In this document: one piece after another, positions 47,414-55,709 of the stretch
How positions within the stretch are numbered: the stretch's first letter is position 1
Layout of the letters: each line of letters opens with the position of its first letter
Notes under the pieces: generated by a model
Seen by the model: the letters and a program-made list of their open reading frames with translations, nothing else
The model's database searches: none
Told to the model about the DNA's origin: nothing
DNA from: Alphaproteobacteria bacterium
GTDB lineage: Bacteria; Pseudomonadota; Alphaproteobacteria; JBKEAR01
Direction: 5' to 3'
Assembly: GCA_047973205.1 (NCBI GenBank)
Contig: JBKEBO010000016.1
Coordinates: forward strand, 2,973-66,972
Length of the DNA stretch: 64,000 nt
Translations under genes and position numbers: made by a program

Positions 47414-49216
47414 TTGGCACAAGCAGTAATCAGCTTAAATGATATTATGATTGATTTAGGAGATAAAAAGCTATTTTCTAACTTGAGTATCACCCTAAAT
47501 CAAGGGGAAAAATTAACCCTCTTAGGACGCAATGGAAGCGGAAAATCAACCCTACTTAAGATCATGGCTGGTCTTGTTGAGGTCGATGGTGGCGAAGTTT
47601 CTAAAAGTATTGATGCCGTTTTTAGCTATCTTCCACAAAATCCTGAAATAACCGATAAGAATCAAAGCATTTTAGATTATTGTATCCATGGCAATGCGGA
47701 GGCTTGGCGATGCCAAACCCTATTGCAAGAGCTTAATTTAGATGAAAACACACCCGTTGGAAATCTTTCTGGAGGAGAGTTTCGTAAGGCCGCTATGATA
47801 CGCTGCTTAGCCAAAGACAGTGATGTACTGCTCCTTGATGAGCCAACAAACCACTTAGATATCAGCACTATAGAATGGCTTGAGAGCAAGCTCAAAAGCT
47901 TTAAAGGAACAGTGATTGTTATTTCTCACGACCGCCGCTTTGCCGAAAATATCACCTCAGCTTGCCTATGGTTAGAGCGTGGCCAACTTCACCGTGTAGC
48001 CGCTCCTTTGGCCGAATTTAACGATTGGCAAAATGCCTTTTTTGAAAAAGAAGATACGGAGCGAGCCAAGCTTGATAAATATATTGCCGAAGAAACACGT
48101 TGGTCTCACCAAGGCATTACCGCACGCAGAAAGCGTAATCAGGGGCGGTTGCGGCGGTTATATACTCTAAGGGACGAACGCCGCAAAATGATTGAGCGTA
48201 CAGGCCAAGCCAAGCTTAAAATTAATGAGGCTCAAAAATCGGGCAAAGAGGTCATAAAGGCCGAAAATATAAGCTATATTTGGGATGATAACTTTGTGGC
48301 TGTTAAGGATTTTTCTATCCGCATTACCCGCAAGGAACGTATTGGCATTGTTGGCCCTAATGGCGTTGGGAAAACCACCTTTTTACGACTACTTACAGGC
48401 GAGCTTACCCCCACATCAGGAAGCATCAAATATGGCACACAAATTGAGCCTTTATGGATTGACCAAAGCCGCAGCCAACTCCCTTTAGATAAAAGCATTT
48501 GGGAGGTTTTGGCCCCCACATCGGACCATATTGTTATTGGTGGGCAAAGCCGTCACGTGGCTTCTTATGCGGAAGATTTTTTGTTTAGTTCTGCTCAGCT
48601 TCGCTCCCCTATACGCTCACTTTCTGGAGGTGAAAAAAATCGCCTTAGCCTTGCTCTATCTCTTATAAAGCCAAGCAATTTCATTATCTTAGATGAACCT
48701 ACTAATGATCTTGATATGGAAACATTAGAGCTTTTACAAGAGATACTCTCGGAGTTTGAAGGCACACTTCTTATTGTTTCTCATGATAGAGATTTTCTTG
48801 ATGGGCTTGTGGATAGCTGCTTATTTTTTGAGGGTGAAGGCCGCATAACCCAATATGCAGGTGGCTGGAGTGATGCCATAGCTCAAGGGGCTTCATTAAG
48901 TCCTAAAAATCAAGTAAAAAGCAAAGAAAAATCTTCAAAAACATCAATAAAAACAGAGGCTAAGCAACCCTCAACTAAGCTTTCTTATAAGCATAAATAT
49001 GCCTTAGAAAACCTCCCTCAAGAGATTGAAGCTTTGAGCCTTGAGATAACAAAGACGGAAGAAACATTGTCCGACAGTGACTTGTTCATGAAAAAACCCG
49101 AAGAATTCCAACAGCTTACAGAAAATCTTCACAAGCTACAAAGTGAACTCACCCAAAAAGAAGATGAACTTTTAGAGGCCGAAATTCTCCTAGAGGAAAT
49201 CAATGAGCAATCTTAA
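47414..49216 (+). CDS. ABC-F family ATPase (Uup-like, no transmembrane domain)
   Basis: Two ABC cassettes (GRNGSGKST / LSGGEFRK and GPNGVGKTT / LSGGEKNR) and a C-terminal coiled-coil tail. TTG start. Confidence 0.88.
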   Translation: MAQAVISLNDIMIDLGDKKLFSNLSITLNQGEKLTLLGRNGSGKSTLLKIMAGLVEVDGGEVSKSIDAVFSYLPQNPEITDKNQSILDYCIHGNAEAWRCQTLLQELNLDENTPVGNLSGGEFRKAAMIRCLAKDSDVLLLDEPTNHLDISTIEWLESKLKSFKGTVIVISHDRRFAENITSACLWLERGQLHRVAAPLAEFNDWQNAFFEKEDTERAKLDKYIAEETRWSHQGITARRKRNQGRLRRLYTLRDERRKMIERTGQAKLKINEAQKSGKEVIKAENISYIWDDNFVAVKDFSIRITRKERIGIVGPNGVGKTTFLRLLTGELTPTSGSIKYGTQIEPLWIDQSRSQLPLDKSIWEVLAPTSDHIVIGGQSRHVASYAEDFLFSSAQLRSPIRSLSGGEKNRLSLALSLIKPSNFIILDEPTNDLDMETLELLQEILSEFEGTLLIVSHDRDFLDGLVDSCLFFEGEGRITQYAGGWSDAIAQGASLSPKNQVKSKEKSSKTSIKTEAKQPSTKLSYKHKYALENLPQEIEALSLEITKTEETLSDSDLFMKKPEEFQQLTENLHKLQSELTQKEDELLEAEILLEEINEQS

Positions 49217-49242
49217 AAAGAAATATATATAGGAAAATATTC

Positions 49243-49458
49243 CACCCATATTTATCCATTTTTATCCGTATTTATCCACTTTAAGTCCATTTCTATCCAA
49301 ATTTAACCATTTTTTGGCAAGAATTGATAAATCAATTTGATTAAAAAATAAATTTTGATTAATTAAATTTTGCAAATTTTTGGCTATTTGTGGTTATAAA
49401 TAGCCTCAAGCTGGATAAATATGGACAAATTCGGACAAAATATGTTCATTTATGGCTA
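49243..49458. repeat. Phased-repeat inverted element, copy C
   Basis: Left arm: CCAT 49246, CCAT 49256, CCGT 49266, CCAC 49276, then CCAT 49287, CCAA 49297 and CCAT 49307. Right arm: CTGG 49411, ATGG 49421, TCGG 49431 and ATGG 49452. The arm ends on the TAG of the FkbM gene. Confidence 0.8.
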
Positions 49459-50286
49459 ATCAGATACCCTAAGAGAGAAGGATAAATTATTCCCTTCTCG
49501 CTCAAATGAAATATGCCGTCCATGGGATGGATGCTGAACAAAAATATCGCCATCTAATCTCTTGAAATCATCATAACCCAAAGATGTTAAAAAGTCTTTG
49601 GTTTTCTCAGCTTTTTCCTTATACCAATCACGCCCTTTCCAAAGCTCAAACATAATCGGTGGATAGTTATTTTTCTTTAATGTCTCTACCGCCCCTTTAA
49701 AGAATTCAAGCTCAAGCCCTTCAACATCTACCTTAATAAAGGCAACATTTTCAAAGAGTTCAAAGCTATCTAAAGTTTGCATCGATACTTTAAAAGGTGT
49801 GCTATCTTGAAGTTCAACATTATAAAGAACACCTGCTTCTTCATAGGCTTTCTTAAGATTTTCTCTAACGGACGGATCAACCGAAAAAGCTCCGATATGG
49901 CCACTTTTTGCAAAATCCATCTCTGGGATTTCTATGATTGAATTCTCCTCACCTAAAGCAATATTATGGGTATAGACATTATCAAGTTGGTTAATGAATA
50001 TATTTGCACAAAGCTGTTGAAAAACAATACGTTGAGGCTCAAAACTGAAAATTTTTCCTTTTCTACCCATCAAATGTTGAGCTATAGGAATGGTAAAACT
50101 GCCTAAATTTGCCCCTGCATCAATAACAATAGCTGCCTCTGTTTTATGGAGAAATGCTTGACAAATTTGATGTTCCACATTCCCCCAACGTCCCCTTTGC
50201 TTAATCGTATTTGAGAGTAAGTCCGAGCCATTTATTAATAGCCAAGTTGTTTCTTTTTCACGAATAATATCAACACGGGGTAACAC
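49456..50286 (-). CDS. FkbM-family SAM-dependent methyltransferase
   Basis: SAM motif I VIDAGANLGSFT and an FkbM-type core (FEPQ...IKVDVEGLE). 276 aa. Confidence 0.75.
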   Translation of the reverse strand: MLPRVDIIREKETTWLLINGSDLLSNTIKQRGRWGNVEHQICQAFLHKTEAAIVIDAGANLGSFTIPIAQHLMGRKGKIFSFEPQRIVFQQLCANIFINQLDNVYTHNIALGEENSIIEIPEMDFAKSGHIGAFSVDPSVRENLKKAYEEAGVLYNVELQDSTPFKVSMQTLDSFELFENVAFIKVDVEGLELEFFKGAVETLKKNNYPPIMFELWKGRDWYKEKAEKTKDFLTSLGYDDFKRLDGDIFVQHPSHGRHISFEREGNNLSFSLRVSD

Positions 50287-50364
50287 CTTATTTCTCCTAT
50301 CATTATTAATTATGCGTACAACTATACTACATGTTTAACAACTATTTTCAACAAAAATTATGAC

Positions 50365-52128
50365 TTAGGCTAAAGCTTCCAACTCATCAATAAATTCTGC
50401 TATCATATTCAAGCCCTTATCCCAAAAGTCCGCTTTTGTAGCATCAAGGCCAAACGGGGCTAAAAGCTCCTTATGATGCTTTGTTCCACCCGCTTTTAGC
50501 ATCTTGATATATTTTTCTTCAAAACCTTTGGGATTTTCTGTATAAGCTGAATAAAGTGAGTTGACTAAACAATCACCAAATGCATAGGCATAAACATAAA
50601 ATGGTGCATGGAAAAAGTGGCTCACATAGCCCCACCAAGTCTCATAATCGTCATCAAATTCAATAGCTTCTCCAAGAGATTCCCTTTGAACTTCCATCCA
50701 TATTTTACGAATATCTTCAGCTGATAACTCCCCTGCTTTACGCTTTTGGTGGACTTGCGTTTCAAAATGATGAAAAGCAATTTGCCTAACCACCGTATTG
50801 AGCATATCCTCCACCTTAGAAGCAAGAAGTAACTCTTTGGTTTTATTATCTTTTACCTCGCTTAAAAGCTGCCTAAAAGTGAGCATTTCACCAAAGACTG
50901 AGGCCGTTTCGGCCAAAGTTAAGGGCGTATCGGCCATCAATGCTCCTTGCTCTGCTGCAAGTAATTGATGCACCCCATGGCCTAACTCATGGGCTAAGGT
51001 CATCAAATCACGGTCTTTTCCGAACCAATTCACCAGCACATAAGGGTGGTGACTTGGTGCTGACGAATGGGCAAAAGCTCCCGAATATTTTCCTGCTTTC
51101 GCCTCCGCATCAATCCAGCCATTATCGAAAAATTTCTTAGCAAGTTCAGCAACTTTTGGTGAAAAGCCGCCATAGGCTTTAAGAATAAAATCCTTCGCCT
51201 CATCAAAGCTCCAATCGGCTTCTTTTTGATTAGGATATGGAGCATTTCTATCCCAATATTTGAGCTTATCCACACCAAATTTTTTGGCCTTATAAGCATA
51301 GTAACGATGAGATAAGTGTTTGTAATTCCTCTTAACTGCAGCCGCAAGAGCTTCCACAACCTCATCTTCAATATCATTTTCTAAATTCATAGATGATATA
51401 GGAGCCTTAAATCCTCGCCAATTATCTTCCATGGCTTTATCGGCAATGATGGTATTATATACACGTAAAACTAAGTCTTCATTTTCCTGCAATCCTTGAG
51501 ATAATGCCTTGGCTGCCTTTTGTCTTAGAGCTGAAGTTGGAGCTGAAAGAGCATTTAAAATCTCTGATATTCCTACTTTTTTTCCATCCATATTAAAGCG
51601 ATAAGCCGCAAAAGTCTCATCATATAATCGCACCCAAGCTGATGAACTCGTATTGCTTTTTTCCATCAAAACTTGTTCAACATCATCTGATAGTTGATAA
51701 GGTTTTTGTTTGCGAATATCCTTAATCCAAGATTGGTAATGGCTGATTTTATCATCTGCAAGCCATTTTTTTATCGTGCTATCTTCTTGTTTATTAATCT
51801 CTAATGTATAAAAAATAGAATGAGTAACAATTTGTGTAACCCTTTCTCTTAAACCCTGCCAAAAGCGGCTAACCTGTGCATCATCTTGCTTTTGGGCATG
51901 AATGAGTGAGCCATAGGTCATAATGCGACTAAGCCTATCGGAAAGAGCCTCATAAGTCTTTATTGAGCTGAATATTTCACCAACCGAAGCTTGGCTAAGC
52001 TTACCTTGATACTGAGCAGCAAACTGCTTTATTTCCTTTTCAATGTCATCTAAATCTTTGAAAATATTAGCATCCTCAATATCTGAATAAAGTTCCGATA
52101 AATCCCAACTCGGTAAATTTTTACACAT
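50365..52128 (-). CDS. pepF: Oligoendopeptidase F family (M3B) metallopeptidase
   Basis: 587 aa with zinc motif HELGHGVH and the downstream E of the M3 family. Confidence 0.85.
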   Translation of the reverse strand: MCKNLPSWDLSELYSDIEDANIFKDLDDIEKEIKQFAAQYQGKLSQASVGEIFSSIKTYEALSDRLSRIMTYGSLIHAQKQDDAQVSRFWQGLRERVTQIVTHSIFYTLEINKQEDSTIKKWLADDKISHYQSWIKDIRKQKPYQLSDDVEQVLMEKSNTSSSAWVRLYDETFAAYRFNMDGKKVGISEILNALSAPTSALRQKAAKALSQGLQENEDLVLRVYNTIIADKAMEDNWRGFKAPISSMNLENDIEDEVVEALAAAVKRNYKHLSHRYYAYKAKKFGVDKLKYWDRNAPYPNQKEADWSFDEAKDFILKAYGGFSPKVAELAKKFFDNGWIDAEAKAGKYSGAFAHSSAPSHHPYVLVNWFGKDRDLMTLAHELGHGVHQLLAAEQGALMADTPLTLAETASVFGEMLTFRQLLSEVKDNKTKELLLASKVEDMLNTVVRQIAFHHFETQVHQKRKAGELSAEDIRKIWMEVQRESLGEAIEFDDDYETWWGYVSHFFHAPFYVYAYAFGDCLVNSLYSAYTENPKGFEEKYIKMLKAGGTKHHKELLAPFGLDATKADFWDKGLNMIAEFIDELEALA

Positions 52129-52228
52129 AAATTATTCTCTCTTTTTGACTGTTTATTTAAAATCATATATTCTAATATTGTAATTATATAGTTTAAAATC
52201 AAAAAAATAAAAAGGGGGAAAGGCAATA

Positions 52229-54016
52229 ATGACGAAAAAACAGCTACAAGATATTCCATGGAGTAACTTGGTTGAAATGTTTTTTGACCAAGCCAAAAAA
52301 GGTAAAAGAAAAACCTTTTTACATCAACGCTCTAATGACGGATGGAAGGCAATCTCTTGGCAACAAGCCGCTAAACAAGTTGAAGATATAGCCAAAAGTC
52401 TCTATCATTTGGGCATTCAGCCTGGTGATCGTGTGGCTATAGTCTCCGAAAATCGCTATGAGTGGGGCTTGATTGACCTTGCGATTATGGCCATGGGTGG
52501 TATTACTGTTCCTGCTTATACCACCAATACCACAGGCGACCACCGCCATATTATTGAAGATAGCGGAGCAAATATTGCTTTTATCAGTAATCAGGCTTTG
52601 CTTAAAACTTTTCTTCCTGCAGCAATTGATGCCCCAAAAATGCGGCATATTATTACCCTAGATAGCGTTAAGTTTCAACAAAATCCCGATCTTAATCTTT
52701 ATCGCTTGGGTAATACTCCTTTAGATGAAGATAAAGAAGAGTTTGATATTAAACAACATATCAGCAAAATTAAGCATGATGATATCGCTTGCCTTATCTA
52801 TACATCAGGTACAGGCGGGGCTCCTAAAGGCGTAATGCTTGAGCATAAGGCTTTGCTCAGCAACTGCCAAGGGGTTGAATTTATCTACCACCAAATTAAA
52901 AAATTCTCATTTTTTTCCATCCTCCCCCTATCCCATGCCTTTGAGCATACGGTTGGTTTCCTAGCCCCTATCTATTATAATGGCGAGGTTTACTATCCGA
53001 ATGGTATCGAAAATCTTCTTTCGGGATTAACCGAGTCTAACCCTGGTGTTTTACTCGCAGTTCCACGAATTTACGAGGTTTTTAAAAGCCGTATCGAAGG
53101 CCAGCTCCGAAAAGCTCCTGCTCGTAAAAAGGCTATTTATAACAAGGCTCTCGCTCTTGGGCTTAAGCGGGTGAATGATGAAACATTCTCTTTTATTGAG
53201 AAATATCAATATGCTCTTTTGCGTAAACTCGTTCAAAAAAAGATACAAAAAACCTTTGGCAATGTTCAGCTTTTTGTCAGCGGTGGAGCTCCTTTAGACC
53301 CCGAGCTAGGTAAATGGCTTATGGCTATGGAATTTCCTATCATTCAAGGATATGGCCAAACAGAGGCCTCCCCTATGGTTTCAGCTAATTATCCTAAAAG
53401 TAAAAAATATTATACAGTAGGCCCTAAGCTAGAAAATATCGAAGTGAAGCTCAGTGCTGACAATGAGCTTTTGGTTAAGGGCGAGCTTTTAATGCGAGGC
53501 TATTGGAACAACCGCCGCTCAACTGCCGAAACCTTGGTTAACGGCTGGCTACATACAGGTGATATTGCCTCTATTGATGACGAAGGTCACCTTATGATTA
53601 CAGGACGCAAAAAGGATATTATTATCCTTACAGGTGGCGATAATATCTCCCCTACTCGCTTGGAAAGTCTGATGTCTTTGGAAGAAGAGATTGGTCAAGC
53701 TATTCTTTATGGCGATAAGCGTAACTACTTGGTTGCTCTGGTTAATCCTGATGCTGACTGGCTTGAGATATGGGCAAAAGAAAATGGTAAAGAAAATAAT
53801 CTAGAAGAATTATGTAACGATAAAGAGCTTAAATCTGTACTCGCTGGAGTTATTAAGCAGCTCAATAAACGTACGACTGTTGCCGAAAATATTCGCAAAT
53901 TCATTATTGCTCCAGAATATTTTACTATCGAAAATAGCTTTTTAACCCCAACCATGAAGCTCCGCCGTCAACTCATTATCGAAAAATATAAACCACAACT
54001 TGACGAACTCTACTAA
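52229..54016 (+). CDS. Long-chain-fatty-acid--CoA ligase (AMP-dependent synthetase)
   Basis: AMP-binding motif YTSGTGGAPKGV plus GYGQTE, TGD and GRKKD blocks. 595 aa. Confidence 0.85.
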   Translation: MTKKQLQDIPWSNLVEMFFDQAKKGKRKTFLHQRSNDGWKAISWQQAAKQVEDIAKSLYHLGIQPGDRVAIVSENRYEWGLIDLAIMAMGGITVPAYTTNTTGDHRHIIEDSGANIAFISNQALLKTFLPAAIDAPKMRHIITLDSVKFQQNPDLNLYRLGNTPLDEDKEEFDIKQHISKIKHDDIACLIYTSGTGGAPKGVMLEHKALLSNCQGVEFIYHQIKKFSFFSILPLSHAFEHTVGFLAPIYYNGEVYYPNGIENLLSGLTESNPGVLLAVPRIYEVFKSRIEGQLRKAPARKKAIYNKALALGLKRVNDETFSFIEKYQYALLRKLVQKKIQKTFGNVQLFVSGGAPLDPELGKWLMAMEFPIIQGYGQTEASPMVSANYPKSKKYYTVGPKLENIEVKLSADNELLVKGELLMRGYWNNRRSTAETLVNGWLHTGDIASIDDEGHLMITGRKKDIIILTGGDNISPTRLESLMSLEEEIGQAILYGDKRNYLVALVNPDADWLEIWAKENGKENNLEELCNDKELKSVLAGVIKQLNKRTTVAENIRKFIIAPEYFTIENSFLTPTMKLRRQLIIEKYKPQLDELY

Positions 54017-54019
54017 CAC

Positions 54020-54140
54020 ACTGCGTGTGGGCATAATATTAATGGGGCTTTGCCCCCGCAGGCTCTCCACCCGATAGGATATAATACTGCGTGTGGGCAT
54101 AATATTAATGGGGCTTTGCCCCTATGCTTTATTCTGAAAA
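54020..54140. repeat. Mosaic intergenic repeat: 2 x 37 bp direct repeat, GC-rich module and Y module
   Basis: ACTGCGTGTGGGCATAATATTAATGGGGCTTTGCCCC occurs at 54020-54056 and 54086-54122. The 29-bp segment between them resembles the GC module at 5342-5365. CTATGCTTTATTCTGAAA (54122-54139) recurs at 29791-29808. Confidence 0.9.
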
Positions 54141-54196
54141 ACTCCCCTCTAAAAAGAAGGGAGTTCTCGTAAGATAATCTTAAAAAAGAAGCTTGA

Positions 54197-55609
54197 TTAT
54201 TCAACCTCAACAATACGTAAAGAGTTGGTGCTTCCTGGCGTTCCAATAGGAACACCTGCGACAACGACAATCTTATCGCCTTTAACGGTAATATCTTTTT
54301 CTTTAGTAATATCAAGCCCCTGCTCGACAATAGCCGAAAATGAATCCACAAGTTCACATGTTACAGGCGTAACACCCCACACCAAGTTAAGGCGGCGTGC
54401 GGTTTCTAAACGTGTAGAGGCCGAAACAATTCGCGTACGAGGACGCTCACGAGCGACACGCAATGTTGTTGAGCCTGTATCAGTAAATGACACAATGGCA
54501 CGGCTTCCTAAAATATGAGAAATTCGTGTAGAGGCTGCAGCGACAGCATCTCCAATCGTTGTTTCAGCTTCTTGGTCAAGCAATCTGGCAAGCTTCTCAT
54601 AATATGGATCAGACTCAACTTGCTTGATAATTTTAGACATCATCTCAACAGTAATAAACGGATATTTACCAATGGTTGTTTCACCCGAAAGCATCACTGC
54701 ATCCGCACCATCATACACCGCATTGGCCACATCCGAAGCTTCAGCACGTGTAGGTGTTGGTGTGTTAATCATGCTATCGAGCATTTGCGTGGCAACCACA
54801 ACAGGTTTCCCCGCCTTACGGCAAGCACGAATGACACGCTTTTGTATCGCAGGAACTTGTTCTGCAGGAATTTCCACACCAAGGTCACCACGAGCCACCA
54901 TACACGCATCTGTAAGCTCCACAATGGCATGAAGGTTTTCGATAGCACTTGGCTTTTCTAATTTAGAAATAATCCAAGCTCTATCACCAATAATCTCTCT
55001 GGCTTCAGCGACATCTTCTGCACGTTGCACAAAAGAAAGAGCAATCCAATCCACACCTAGGCTAAGGGCAAAGTCTAAATCTTTGCGATCTTTTTCGGTT
55101 AAAGCCGAGATTTTAAGAACCGCATTAGGAACATTAACCCCTTTTCTATCCGAGATAAATCCACCAACTTCCACACGTGTATCAGCCCAATCTTTGCCAA
55201 AATCAGTAACAACAAGCTTAACTTTACCATCATCAACCAAAAGTTCTGTACCTTTTTCCATGGCTTCAAAAATTTGCGGATGAGGTAAATAGGCTCGTGT
55301 TGCATCACCAGGTTTATCAACTAAATCAAGGCGGAAAGTTTCACCTTCTTTAAGTAATTCTTTCTCATTGGCAAATGTACCCACACGGAGTTTTGGCCCT
55401 TGGAGGTCAGCTAAAATAGCAATGGGTTGTTGGTATTTTTCTTCGACTTTTCTGATATTATCATAACGACCTTTATGTGTTTCATGATCGGCATGAGAAA
55501 AGTTTAGACGAAAGACATCTGTACCCGCTAAAAATAAGCGTTCAATATCTTCTAAACTCTCCGTTTCTGGACCTAATGTTGCAATAATTTTAACCTTACG
55601 ATCTCGCAT
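54197..55609 (-). CDS. pyk: Pyruvate kinase
   Basis: 470 aa with KIIATLGP, NFSH, the MVARGDLGVEIP signature, and the ATQML and SGET blocks. Confidence 0.96.
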   Translation of the reverse strand: MRDRKVKIIATLGPETESLEDIERLFLAGTDVFRLNFSHADHETHKGRYDNIRKVEEKYQQPIAILADLQGPKLRVGTFANEKELLKEGETFRLDLVDKPGDATRAYLPHPQIFEAMEKGTELLVDDGKVKLVVTDFGKDWADTRVEVGGFISDRKGVNVPNAVLKISALTEKDRKDLDFALSLGVDWIALSFVQRAEDVAEAREIIGDRAWIISKLEKPSAIENLHAIVELTDACMVARGDLGVEIPAEQVPAIQKRVIRACRKAGKPVVVATQMLDSMINTPTPTRAEASDVANAVYDGADAVMLSGETTIGKYPFITVEMMSKIIKQVESDPYYEKLARLLDQEAETTIGDAVAAASTRISHILGSRAIVSFTDTGSTTLRVARERPRTRIVSASTRLETARRLNLVWGVTPVTCELVDSFSAIVEQGLDITKEKDITVKGDKIVVVAGVPIGTPGSTNSLRIVEVE

Positions 55610-55709
55610 AAATAAAAACCTTTTTTTCCTAATTTCATCAATGACATATAAATATTATTTAAATATTATTTACGTTACTAATATAAGTAAATATTTTCAT
55701 ATGTCCAAT

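Noticed and set aside
54020-54122. CRISPR-like geometry: a 37-bp repeat, a 29-bp 'spacer', then a 37-bp repeat.
   Set aside because: There are only two repeats and no cas genes anywhere in the window. The 'spacer' is itself a copy of the GC-rich module seen at 5342-5365. The repeat also shares a 22-mer with 33094-33115. This behaves as a dispersed mosaic repeat, not as a CRISPR array.
54013-54357. A 114-aa minus-strand ORF with the duplicated peptide GGKAPLILCPHAV.
   Set aside because: It is an artefact of translating the 37-bp direct repeats, and it overlaps the 3' end of pyk out of frame.
54225-54961. Three plus-strand ORFs (97-148 aa) inside pyk. Similar nested or antisense ORFs occur inside clpA (25776-27392), acnA, alaS, the histidine kinase and other genes.
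   Set aside because: All lie antisense to, or out of frame within, strongly supported conserved genes. Their translations are low-complexity or Ser/Arg/Leu-rich and have no start context.
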